Below, in pieces: positions 55,471 through 64,000 of a DNA stretch of 64,000 bases. Position 1 is the stretch's first letter. The number at the start of each line of letters is the position of its first letter. The stretch is taken from the NCBI RefSeq assembly GCF_050250235.1, contig NZ_JBFWPA010000006.1, forward strand, positions 4,464 through 68,463. Reading direction: 5' to 3'. A program made the translations under genes and the position numbers. The DNA is from Pseudorhodoplanes sp. (GTDB taxonomy: Bacteria; Pseudomonadota; Alphaproteobacteria; Rhizobiales; Xanthobacteraceae). The notes beneath the pieces are model-generated. The model did not search any database. It was given only the letters and a program-made list of their open reading frames with translations, and was not told the origin of the DNA.

Positions 55471-56643
55471 ATGACCAGATTAATGACGCTGAGCATCGCG
55501 GCCCTGTTGTCCACCACCGCGCTATGTGCCGCGCAGGGCAAGGACCCGATCAAGATCGGGGTGGTAACGCCGCTGAGCGGCACCTATGCCGGCATCGGTC
55601 AGCAGGTGAAATGGGGTCTCGAGCTTGCAACCCAGGAGGTCAACGCCGGCGGCGGCATCATGGGCCGGCCGATCGAACTGATCTTCGAGGACGAGGAGGC
55701 CAACCCGGCCGTCGCGGTCCAGAAGGCGGACAAGCTGTTCCAGGTCAACAAGGTCGACTTTCTCACCGGCACCGTGAATTCCGGCTCGACGCTGGCGGTC
55801 GGCCAGGTTGCCGAACGCGCCGGCAAGCTGATGGCCACCACCGTCTCCTTCGCCGACTCGATCACCGGTGATCGCTGCTCACCCAACGTCTATCGCGTCA
55901 ACGCCCGCGCCGGTCAGCAATCGGCAGCGCTCGCGGTGTGGCTGTCGAAGGACAAGCCGAAGGCGAAGGTGTTCTATCTCGGACCCGACTACGAGATGGG
56001 CCGCTCAACCGTCGCAGCCTTCAAGTCCAGCGCGGAGAAGGTCGGCGCCGAGACCGGCGGCGAGGTATTCGCGCCGCTCGACTCCAAGGACTACACCCAG
56101 TATTTCGGCCAGCTCCGGGCCGCCCGCCCGCAGGTGCTCTATACCTCGGTCGCAGGCAACGACACCGTTCGCCTGTTCACCCAGCTCGCCGAATTCGGCC
56201 TGCTCAACAACCTGACCGTGGTCGGCGCGTCCGGGACGGTCACGGCACAGAATATCGGCGCGATCGGAAAGGCCGCCGAAGGCTTCGTCACCGGCGTCGG
56301 CTACTCGGCCGAGATCGACACTCCGGAAAACAAGAAATTCGTGGCCGCGTTCCGTGCCGCCAACAAGACCGACCCCGACCTCTACGGTGCCGATTCCTAC
56401 GGGCTGATCTATGCCTACAAGGCCGCGGTCGAGAAAGCCAAGTCCACCGACACCGACAAGGTGCGCGCGGCCTTCAGCGACCTGAAATGGTCGACGCCGC
56501 AAGGCGAGAAGACCTTGCGCGCCGGCGATCATCAGGCGGTGCAGACGATGTATGTCGTGCGCGTCACGAACGGCAAATTCCAGATCACCGGTCAGGTGAA
56601 GGGTGAAGATGCCGTCGGCCCCGACAATTGCAAGCGCTTCTGA
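55471..56643 (+). CDS. ABC substrate-binding protein (Liv family), probable furan-carboxylate uptake
   Basis: Signal peptide, IKIGVVTPLSG, VNAGGGIMGR, PDYEMG. AAGGAGG RBS. Confidence 0.9.
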   Translation: MTRLMTLSIAALLSTTALCAAQGKDPIKIGVVTPLSGTYAGIGQQVKWGLELATQEVNAGGGIMGRPIELIFEDEEANPAVAVQKADKLFQVNKVDFLTGTVNSGSTLAVGQVAERAGKLMATTVSFADSITGDRCSPNVYRVNARAGQQSAALAVWLSKDKPKAKVFYLGPDYEMGRSTVAAFKSSAEKVGAETGGEVFAPLDSKDYTQYFGQLRAARPQVLYTSVAGNDTVRLFTQLAEFGLLNNLTVVGASGTVTAQNIGAIGKAAEGFVTGVGYSAEIDTPENKKFVAAFRAANKTDPDLYGADSYGLIYAYKAAVEKAKSTDTDKVRAAFSDLKWSTPQGEKTLRAGDHQAVQTMYVVRVTNGKFQITGQVKGEDAVGPDNCKRF

Positions 56644-56673
56644 ACGATACAGGACACGCACGCGCGAGGACCG

Positions 56674-57570
56674 GTGATGGCTGGGGTGATGGACTATTTT
56701 CAGTTCGTTCTGGCTCCCCAGATCGTCATCGGCCTCGTGCTCGGCGTCGCCGTGATCCTGGTTGCGCTCGGCCTGACGATTATTTTCGGGCTGCTCGATG
56801 TGATCAACATGTCGCACGGCGAGTTCTATGCGCTCGGTGCGTTTATCGGTGTTTCGCTGGCATCGCTCGGGGTGCCGTTCTGGCTGCTCCTGATTCTGGT
56901 GCCGGCCCTGATGCTGCCCATCGGCTATCTGGTCGAACGTGTGCTGATACAGCGCGTGTTTCACAGTCCGGACCGCCATGTCGCGACGTTGCTCCTGACG
57001 TTCGGCTTTGCGCTGGTGCTCGAAGACGTATTCCGGCTGATCTGGGGTCCCAATCCGCTGCGTCCCGAAACGCCGATCCGCGGCGCGATCGAACTGGGCG
57101 GAATTTTTCTGCCGCTCTATCGCGTATTCATGATCGTGGTCGGCGCCTTGATCATCATCGGTACGGCGCTCGTGGTCTATCGTACGCGCATCGGTGCGAT
57201 GGTGCGGGCGGCGGCCTTCGATCGCGACATGGCGGCTTCGCTCGGGGTGCCGGTGCAGTGGGTCTATGCCGGCGCCTTCGCGTTCGGCGTTTCGCTCGCA
57301 GCCCTCGCCGGTGTGCTGCTGGCGCCGATCTATTCGGTCTTCCCGACCATGGGGCGCGATTTCATTCTCATGGCCTTCACCGTGGTGATCGTCGGAGGCA
57401 TGGGCTCGATCGCCGGCGCGGTCGTCGCCGGCCTGTTCCTGACACAGGTCCAGGCCATCGCCTCGCTCTATATCTCGCCGGTCTGGACCGATCCGATCGT
57501 GTTCGGGATCATGGTCATCATGCTGATGGTGCGGCCGCAGGGTCTGTTTGGGCGGCTCGGGCATGCGTGA
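56674..57570 (+). CDS. ABC permease (LivH family)
   Basis: GLTIIFGLLDVINMSHG, VIVGGMGS, VRPQGLFG. Confidence 0.92.
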   Translation: MMAGVMDYFQFVLAPQIVIGLVLGVAVILVALGLTIIFGLLDVINMSHGEFYALGAFIGVSLASLGVPFWLLLILVPALMLPIGYLVERVLIQRVFHSPDRHVATLLLTFGFALVLEDVFRLIWGPNPLRPETPIRGAIELGGIFLPLYRVFMIVVGALIIIGTALVVYRTRIGAMVRAAAFDRDMAASLGVPVQWVYAGAFAFGVSLAALAGVLLAPIYSVFPTMGRDFILMAFTVVIVGGMGSIAGAVVAGLFLTQVQAIASLYISPVWTDPIVFGIMVIMLMVRPQGLFGRLGHA

Positions 57571-58552
57571 TGCGCTCACCACCTCGATGCGCGCGAGCCA
57601 CCTGCTCGCGTTCGCGCTGGTTGTCTTCGCACTGGTCGCCGCCGCGATCGGGGTTGCGATGGACGACACGTTCTATCTGCGCCTTGGCACCGAAGCGCTG
57701 ATCTTTGCCGGCCTCGCGCTCTCCGTCGACATCCTGCTCGGCTATACGGGACTTCTCTCGCTGGGGCAGGCACTCTATTTCGGCCTTGGCGCGTATATCT
57801 CGGCGCTGGTCCTGATGCAGATGCCCTCGTTCTGGGCCGCGATCGGTGTCGCGATCACGGCCGGCGCGTTTCTCGGCCTGCTAGGCGGCCTTATCGCCAT
57901 TCGCGTGCGCGGCGTCTATTTCGCGCTCATCACCTTTGGCATGGCTCAGGTCATTGCCAAGGTGATCTACAATACCCGCGCCATCGGGGCCTCCGACGGC
58001 ATGACCGGCGTGCCGGTGATCGAGATCAATCTCGGCATCGCCTCGGTTTCGAGTGCCTCGCCCGCCGGCTTTTTCCTGGTCGTGCTCACGGTCACGATGC
58101 TGCTCTATGCCGCCGCGGCCTATCTGCTCGATACGCCGTTCGGCCGCCTGCTGATCGCCATCAAGACCAATGACCGCCGCGTACCGTTCCTCGGCTTTCG
58201 GACCGCTTCGCTGCGGCTCAGCTCGTATGTGCTCGCCGCTACGATCGCGACCGTATCCGGGGCGCTGTATCCGATGCTGCGCGGCTTCGTGTCCCCGGAA
58301 TTGCTGTTCTTTTCGACCTCGGGCAATGCCGTCATCACCGTCATCCTTGGCGGCGTCGGCACCCTGGTCGGCGCGCTCTATGGCAGCGTTCTGCTGACCG
58401 TGCTGAAATCCGTGATCGGAAGCTGGACCGAGCACCACCTGATCGTGATCGGCATCCTGTTCATGTGTGCGGTGATCTTCCTGCCGCAGGGCCTGATGGG
58501 GGTAATTCGGCCCTTCATCGCGAAGCGGCTCGGACGCGGCGGCCCGCCATGA
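57563..58552 (+). CDS. ABC permease (LivM family)
   Basis: LGYTGLLSLGQ, RGVYFALIT, ILGGVGT. Confidence 0.92.
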   Translation: MRDALTTSMRASHLLAFALVVFALVAAAIGVAMDDTFYLRLGTEALIFAGLALSVDILLGYTGLLSLGQALYFGLGAYISALVLMQMPSFWAAIGVAITAGAFLGLLGGLIAIRVRGVYFALITFGMAQVIAKVIYNTRAIGASDGMTGVPVIEINLGIASVSSASPAGFFLVVLTVTMLLYAAAAYLLDTPFGRLLIAIKTNDRRVPFLGFRTASLRLSSYVLAATIATVSGALYPMLRGFVSPELLFFSTSGNAVITVILGGVGTLVGALYGSVLLTVLKSVIGSWTEHHLIVIGILFMCAVIFLPQGLMGVIRPFIAKRLGRGGPP

Positions 58553-59292
58553 CGACGCCGATCCTCGAGACACGAAACCTGTCGATCGCGTTTGGTGGAC
58601 TGCGCGCGGTCGACGACGTGAGCTTTTCGGTCGAGCGCAACCGGATCACCACGATCATCGGACCCAACGGCGCCGGCAAGTCAACGCTGTTCAACCTGAT
58701 ATCGGGCGCGTTGCGGCCGCGCTCGGGACATGTGCTGATCGAAGGCGTGGACCATACGGCGGAGCCGCCCTACCGGATGCAGGCCGCCGGCCTCGCGCGC
58801 TCGTTCCAGATCACCAACCTGTTTTTCGACCTTCCGGTCGCAGAAAACCTGCGGCTCGCGGCGCAGGTGCTGGAGCCGTGGTCGCTCGCCCTTCGTCCGG
58901 TTTCGGCCAGCCGGAAGGCATTGCAGCGGGTGGATGAATTGCTGGAGCGCTTTGCACTCGCGGAAAAGGCCGACTACAAGGCCGGCGCTCTGTCACATGG
59001 CGAGCAGCGCCGTCTTGAAGTCGCGGTCGCGCTCGCCTGCAAACCCAAGGTGCTGCTGCTGGACGAGCCGACCCAGGGCATGAGCCACGGCGACACCCAG
59101 GATACCGCCGCGCTGATCAAGTCCCTGACCCGCGACGCGACCGTGCTGCTGATCGAGCACGATATCGGACTGGTGATGAATCTGTCGGACCACGTCATCG
59201 TCCTGCATCAGGGCCAGAAGCTCGCGGAGGGGCCGCCCGCTGAAATCCGCAACAATCCGGCCGTGCAGGCCGCCTATCTCGGGCATGTCTGA
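58549..59292 (+). CDS. ABC ATP-binding protein (LivG family)
   Basis: GPNGAGKST, LSHGEQR, LLDEPTQG, IEHD. Confidence 0.92.
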   Translation: MTTPILETRNLSIAFGGLRAVDDVSFSVERNRITTIIGPNGAGKSTLFNLISGALRPRSGHVLIEGVDHTAEPPYRMQAAGLARSFQITNLFFDLPVAENLRLAAQVLEPWSLALRPVSASRKALQRVDELLERFALAEKADYKAGALSHGEQRRLEVAVALACKPKVLLLDEPTQGMSHGDTQDTAALIKSLTRDATVLLIEHDIGLVMNLSDHVIVLHQGQKLAEGPPAEIRNNPAVQAAYLGHV

Positions 59293-59294
59293 CC

Positions 59295-60002
59295 ATGCTC
59301 GCGATCCGCAACCTGCATACGCATTACGGGCCCAGCCACATTATCCAGGGCATCGACCTATCGGTGCGGGCCGGCGAGGTCCTCGGCATATTCGGACGCA
59401 ATGGCGTCGGCAAGACCACCCTGCTCAAGACCATCGCCGGCTGGATCAAGCCGACACAGGGCGAGATCGAGTTTGACGGCGCCCGCATCGACGGCGTCAG
59501 CGCCGACCGCATCGCCCATCGCGGCGTCGGATTCGTGCCGGAAGACCGGCGCATCTTTCCGGGGCTGACGGTGGAGGAAAATCTGACGCTTGGCTTCCTG
59601 CAGGTGCCGGGCCGGTCCAGGGCCGACAACGCTGCCGCGCTTGACCGCATCTATCAGCGCTTTCCCCGGCTGCTGGAGCGTCGCTACCAGCACGGCACGA
59701 CGTTGTCCGGCGGAGAACAGCAAATGCTGGCAATGGCGCGCGTGATGGTCGGCAAGCCGCGCCTTCTGCTGGTCGATGAGCCGAGCGAAGGACTGGCGCC
59801 AATGATCGTCGCGGAACTGTATGCGATCATTGGCGAGATGAAAGCGGCGGGATGCGCCGTGCTGCTGGTCGAACAAAACGTGCATCAGGCACTCACCCTG
59901 TCCGATCGCTTTATCGCCATAGAGCGCGGACAGGTCACCTTCAGCGGCGATGCTGCAAGCAAGACCGATTGCGAGCGGCTGCTGGAGGTCATCGCGGTCT
60001 AA
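59295..60002 (+). CDS. ABC ATP-binding protein (LivF family)
   Basis: GRNGVGKT, VPEDRR, LSGGEQQM, DEPSEGLAP. Confidence 0.92.
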   Translation: MLAIRNLHTHYGPSHIIQGIDLSVRAGEVLGIFGRNGVGKTTLLKTIAGWIKPTQGEIEFDGARIDGVSADRIAHRGVGFVPEDRRIFPGLTVEENLTLGFLQVPGRSRADNAAALDRIYQRFPRLLERRYQHGTTLSGGEQQMLAMARVMVGKPRLLLVDEPSEGLAPMIVAELYAIIGEMKAAGCAVLLVEQNVHQALTLSDRFIAIERGQVTFSGDAASKTDCERLLEVIAV

Positions 60003-60039
60003 GATCGGTCAACGACAAGGAAGCAGGAGGAAATACGGA

Positions 60040-61020
60040 ATGCCCGGAATTTTCAAGAAGGTCGTGCTGGCATTGCTGGCCGGCGCCATGACAGGCGCAC
60101 CGGCGGCGGCACAAACCGATAACTATCCGAACCGCCCGATTCAGGTTATCATTCCGTTTGCCGGTGGCAGCGCGAGCGACGTGATCAGCCGCATCATGCT
60201 CAACCGCATGAGCGAGACTCTGGGCCAGCAATTCATCGTCGAGAACCGGCCCGGCGCCGGCGGCAATACCGGCACGGCGGCAGCCGCGAAACTCACGCCG
60301 GACGGCTACAATCTCGTCATCACGGCATCCGGGCCGCTGGCTGCGAACCGGACGCTGTTCAAATCGCTTGGCTACGATCCGGAGAAGGATTTCGATCCGA
60401 TCTCGCTGTTCGCCGTTCTTCCGAACGTGATCGTGGTGAATTCCAAATTGCCCCCGAAGACACTCAAGGAATTCATCGCCTATGCCAAGGAGCGGCCCAA
60501 GCAGCTGAACTACGGCACCGTCGGCGTCGGCTCGTCACAGCATATCGCAGGCGCCTTTTTCGACCAGGTAGCCGGCGTTGAACTCGTGCATGTGCCGTAC
60601 CGCAATATCGCGCAATATCCGCCGGATTTCATCGCCGGGCAGGTGCCGGTCGGCTTCCAGCTGCTGCCGAACATTCTGGCGCTGGTGCAGAAGGGCGACG
60701 CGCGGCCGCTCGCGGTGACGGCCGAAAAGCGGATGGCGGCGCTGCCGGACGTTCCCACCACCGCAGAGGCCGGCATGCCGGGATATGTCACCGGTGCCTG
60801 GTTTGCGATGCTGGCGCCGGCGGGTACGCCCAAGCCTGCGATCGACAAGCTCTACGCGGCGCTTGCGGAAGCGATCAAGGACCCGAAAGTGCGGCAACGC
60901 TTCACCGAGCAGGGCGCCGAGCCGGTCGCACCCGGCCCTGAGGAACTGCGCAAGTTCATCGGCTCTGAAACCAGGAAGATCGGAGACATCATTCGCAAGG
61001 CCGGCGTTCAGCCGATGTAG
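60040..61020 (+). CDS. Bug/TctC tripartite tricarboxylate transporter receptor
   Basis: YPNRPIQVIIPFAGGSASD, VENRPGAGG, HVPYR, PDVPT..EAG. Confidence 0.92.
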   Translation: MPGIFKKVVLALLAGAMTGAPAAAQTDNYPNRPIQVIIPFAGGSASDVISRIMLNRMSETLGQQFIVENRPGAGGNTGTAAAAKLTPDGYNLVITASGPLAANRTLFKSLGYDPEKDFDPISLFAVLPNVIVVNSKLPPKTLKEFIAYAKERPKQLNYGTVGVGSSQHIAGAFFDQVAGVELVHVPYRNIAQYPPDFIAGQVPVGFQLLPNILALVQKGDARPLAVTAEKRMAALPDVPTTAEAGMPGYVTGAWFAMLAPAGTPKPAIDKLYAALAEAIKDPKVRQRFTEQGAEPVAPGPEELRKFIGSETRKIGDIIRKAGVQPM

Positions 61021-61027
61021 CGCTTTC

Positions 61028-61092
61028 GCCCGGCGCCGGAAGGGAGATCGCGGCTCTTCGCGAGAGCAGCTTCGCCTGATCTGGCGCCGGGC
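61028..61092. terminator. Inverted repeat between convergent genes
   Basis: GCCCGGCGCCGGA (61028-61040) pairs with TCTGGCGCCGGGC (61080-61092) and encloses an inner GCTCT/AGAGC hairpin. Confidence 0.45.
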
Positions 61093-61145
61093 CTGTCAGC
61101 AGAACCGGTCGGTCAGATCAGCCTCCAGTCAGGGCCAGCCTCCAG

Positions 61146-62177
61146 TCACGCCAGCCAATGCGCGAGGCGGATCAGGCCAAGGCTGAGACCGACGATCAGA
61201 ATTGTCGAGACGGCTCCCAGCGCCAGCGGCCGCAATCCCTTCGCGGTGAGCTTTCGGAAGCTCGTCTGCAAGCCGAGCGCAGCCAGCGCCACCGACATCA
61301 GGAATGAGGTCACCACCATCAGGTTCGCCCGCATGTCGGCCGGCAACGGCATCAAGCTGTTCAGGACAACCGCGCCAACAAATCCGAGGACAAAAATCGG
61401 GAATGCCGGCGGCGTCGTGCCGTCCGCCGCGGCGCGCCTTCGACGCAACCACAGGCCGCAGATCGCGATCAACGGCGCGAGCATGAGAACGCGCGTCAGC
61501 TTGACGACGACCGCGCTCTCCCCGGCTTCGGGACTGAACTGAAAGGCAGCGCCCGTCACCTGCGCGATCTCGTGGATCGACGCGCCGGCCCAGACGCCAA
61601 AATCCAGGGCGCCAAGCCCAAGCCCATACGCCAGCACCGGCAGCAGAAACATCAGCAGGGTTCCGAACAGCGTCACCGAACCGACCGCATAGATCACATC
61701 CTCCTCCGTGCTCTCGGTCACGCTGTTCATCGCGACCACCGCCGAGGCCCCGCAGACAGAGGTTCCCGCGGCAATCAACTGGGAGAGCTTGGCGTCCACG
61801 CCGAGAAGCGATCCGAGCCAGCCGGTGGCGATGAAGACGATCGCAACCACCGCGATGACAATGATGGCCCCGTCCATGCCGAAGGCTGCGATCTGCGTGG
61901 CGCTAAGCTGGAAACCAAGCAGCACGATCGCAAATCGCAGCACATGGCGCGCTGCAAAACCGACACCCGGGTTCATCCGGGCCGGCAAGACCAGACCGTT
62001 GCCGATGGCCATTCCGATCAGCACGGCGACGGACAGCGGGGTGAGGACCGACAGGCTGGGGAGCTGACGCACCGAGAATGCCGCGATCGCGATCACGACC
62101 GCGAGCGAAACGCCGGGCCACAATTGCCGCAAGCCATCCCGGATCGCGAGTCCCTGCGCTGCAGCCATGGCTTGCAT
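61146..62177 (-). CDS. yeiH: YeiH/PSE-family membrane protein (putative sulfate exporter)
   Basis: LRFAIVLLGFQL, AAGTSVCGASAV, WAGASIHEIAQV, VKLTRVLMLAP, ALAALGL. Confidence 0.88.
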   Translation of the reverse strand: MQAMAAAQGLAIRDGLRQLWPGVSLAVVIAIAAFSVRQLPSLSVLTPLSVAVLIGMAIGNGLVLPARMNPGVGFAARHVLRFAIVLLGFQLSATQIAAFGMDGAIIVIAVVAIVFIATGWLGSLLGVDAKLSQLIAAGTSVCGASAVVAMNSVTESTEEDVIYAVGSVTLFGTLLMFLLPVLAYGLGLGALDFGVWAGASIHEIAQVTGAAFQFSPEAGESAVVVKLTRVLMLAPLIAICGLWLRRRRAAADGTTPPAFPIFVLGFVGAVVLNSLMPLPADMRANLMVVTSFLMSVALAALGLQTSFRKLTAKGLRPLALGAVSTILIVGLSLGLIRLAHWLA

Positions 62178-62283
62178 TCCCGTCCTTCATCGGGAAATAG
62201 CGACTGGTCTTCGAACGGTCCAACCGATAAATATGCTAATAATGATCTGTTTTATCGATCAAAAACGATTGGAGCGAAAAGGC

Positions 62284-63162
62284 ATGACGCTGGACCAGTT
62301 GCGCATCTTCGTGAGCGTTGCCGAATGCGAGCACATGACCCGGGCAGCCGCCTCGCTCCGCCTGACACAGTCCGCGGTCAGCGGCGCCATCCGTTCTCTT
62401 GAGACCCGGCACGGCGTCATGCTGTTCCACAGGGTCGGCCGCCAGATCGAGCTTACGCATGACGGCCGATCGTTCCTGGAAGACGCGCGCGCCGTGCTGC
62501 TTTCGGCCGCATCGGCAGCCCAGGCCCTGCGCGAATTGCAGGGCGTGAGGCGCGGCATCATCCACATCCATGCGAGCCAGACCACGGCGAGCTACTGGCT
62601 GCCGGAGCGGCTCGCGCGCTTCAAGGCGAAATATCCGGCCATCGCGCTCCATGTGACGATCGGAAACACCACGCAGGTCGCCTCGGCCGTCGTCAGCGGC
62701 GAAGCCGAGATCGGTTTCGTCGAGGACACGGTCATGGAGCCGAAGCTCAACGCCCAGCTCATCCACACCGACCATCTGACCGTCGTGGTTCATCCCAAAC
62801 ACCCCTTTGCAAGGCTGCGGCGCCTGACGCCACAGCACATCGGCGAGGCACAATGGGTCTTGCGCGAGCGAGGTTCAGGAACCCGTGCGGTATTCGAACA
62901 GGCAATCCGCCGGCATCGCATCCGGCCCGAGCAGCTTTCCGTGTGCCTCGAGCTTCCTTCAAACGAGGCCGTGCGGGCCGCGGTCGAAGCCGGCGCCGGG
63001 GCCACTGCCATTTCGCATGCGGTCGTCAAATCGGCGCTGACGTCGAAACAGTTGCGAGCCGTGCCGTTCGAAAGGATGGAACGCCCCTTCCTGGCGCTCA
63101 CGCACAGCGAGCGCCGTCCGAACCGGGCTTTGAAGGCATTCATCGAGGAGTTCGATCAGTAA
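62284..63162 (+). CDS. LysR-family regulator (YeiE/CysL-like), divergent from yeiH
   Basis: MTLDQLRIF..MTRAA..L.LTQSAVS, ASQT, GNT, RERGSGTR, SNEAV. Confidence 0.9.
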   Translation: MTLDQLRIFVSVAECEHMTRAAASLRLTQSAVSGAIRSLETRHGVMLFHRVGRQIELTHDGRSFLEDARAVLLSAASAAQALRELQGVRRGIIHIHASQTTASYWLPERLARFKAKYPAIALHVTIGNTTQVASAVVSGEAEIGFVEDTVMEPKLNAQLIHTDHLTVVVHPKHPFARLRRLTPQHIGEAQWVLRERGSGTRAVFEQAIRRHRIRPEQLSVCLELPSNEAVRAAVEAGAGATAISHAVVKSALTSKQLRAVPFERMERPFLALTHSERRPNRALKAFIEEFDQ

Positions 63163-63196
63163 TGCGATCCGGACGCATTTCCCGCGTCCAGGTGCG

Positions 63197-64000
63197 TCAC
63201 CGGCTCGCAACGTGATCTGTTGCTGTCACGGAAAACCGGTCGCGAAGCAGCTGCTTGCTGACCTTTCCGGTGCCGGTACGCGGCAATTGGTCCAGAAACC
63301 GAACGCATTGCGGCAGCTTTTTCGCATCGAGTTGCGCCGCCAGAGCGCCCAGAATCTCCTGCTCGGTGATGGTCTGGCCCGGCCTTCTGACCACGATCGC
63401 CAGAACCGCGGCGCTGGTCTGCGATTTTCGCACATTGATCACCGCGGCCTCGAGAACCCCCGGATGGTTGTCGATCACCCGCTCGATCTCGCGCGGATCG
63501 ACCAGTTCGCCGCCGCAGACCACGAGATCGCCCGCGCGCGCGACGATTTCGAGATAGCCATCTTCATGCAGCCGGCCGATGTCGCCAGTGATGAAATAAC
63601 CATCGGAGCGAAACACGCGAGCGGTTGCGGTGTCGTCATCCAGATAGCCGGCAAACACATTCGGGCCCCTGATCTCGACCGAACCCAGGCGGCCGCGCGG
63701 CAATGCCTCGCCGGAAGCGGGATCGACGATGCGCAGATCGATACCGGGCAGCGCAAGCCCGACCGTCCCCGCGCGACGCTCGCCATGCAGCGGATTGGAG
63801 ACCGATACGCTCGCCTCGGTCATGCCGTGCCGTTCGAGTATGTCGTGTCCGTAACGCCGCTTGAACTCCTGCAGCAAGGTCAGGCCAAGCGGCGAGCCGC
63901 CGGAAATGAAAAGTCGGACGCCGGCGGCCATGTGCCGCGTCAGCAGATCTGACCCGGCGAGGTCTGCATAAAGCCTCGGCGTACCCATGATCACCGTGGA
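63197..64000 (-). CDS. Acyl-CoA synthetase, malonyl-CoA synthetase MatB-like (5'-truncated by the window edge)
   Basis: RLFISG, ILERHGMTE, SNPLHGERRAGTVG, RGPNVFAGY, FITGDIG, LPR..TGKV.K. Confidence 0.8.
   Translation of the reverse strand, partial: STVIMGTPRLYADLAGSDLLTRHMAAGVRLFISGGSPLGLTLLQEFKRRYGHDILERHGMTEASVSVSNPLHGERRAGTVGLALPGIDLRIVDPASGEALPRGRLGSVEIRGPNVFAGYLDDDTATARVFRSDGYFITGDIGRLHEDGYLEIVARAGDLVVCGGELVDPREIERVIDNHPGVLEAAVINVRKSQTSAAVLAIVVRRPGQTITEQEILGALAAQLDAKKLPQCVRFLDQLPRTGTGKVSKQLLRDRFSVTATDHVASR

Noticed and set aside
1-64000. CRISPR arrays, tRNA/rRNA, IS elements, integrases, riboswitches
   Set aside because: I saw no regularly spaced repeats, no transposase or integrase motifs and no recognisable structured-RNA signature. 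Intergenic gaps are short. A covariance-model scan would be needed to exclude small RNAs.

Overview
GC-rich, gene-dense window, probably from an alphaproteobacterium (Hyphomicrobiales-like; inferred from gene content and style). It is almost entirely a chain of catabolic modules for heterocyclic and carboxylic compounds, each with a transporter and a local regulator. From left to right: (1) a TcuA-like flavoprotein, Liv-type ABC transporter, IclR regulator and aldehyde dehydrogenase, sharing paired 13-bp operator boxes; (2) a TetR-centred divergon with a Tau/Ssu-type ABC transporter, GST and MetE-like Zn enzyme on one side and an ATP-dependent hydantoinase/oxoprolinase A/B pair (B carries an acetone-carboxylase-gamma-like tail) plus a CocE hydrolase on the other; (3) a NicX-like dihydroxypyridine dioxygenase, four-component molybdo-hydroxylase, HSL-type hydrolase and ABC transporter, divergent from TetR, a Bug receptor and a UbiD; (4) a TRAP transporter and a tandem double-LysR protein; (5) a thiourocanate (ergothioneine lower-pathway)-like operon of hydantoinase, carbamoylase, DUF917 and urocanase-like hydratase (interrupted by an in-frame TAA), which lacks ergothionase and ends in an HmfF-like UbiD paralog; (6) a furoate/FDCA cluster (hmfF, AraC, hmfABCDE, ABC transporter, Bug); (7) YeiH/LysR and a partial acyl-CoA synthetase. 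Three UbiD genes are present but no UbiX. I saw no rRNA, tRNA, CRISPR or mobile element. Family calls come from motif recognition, not database searches, and some start codons were refined by eye.
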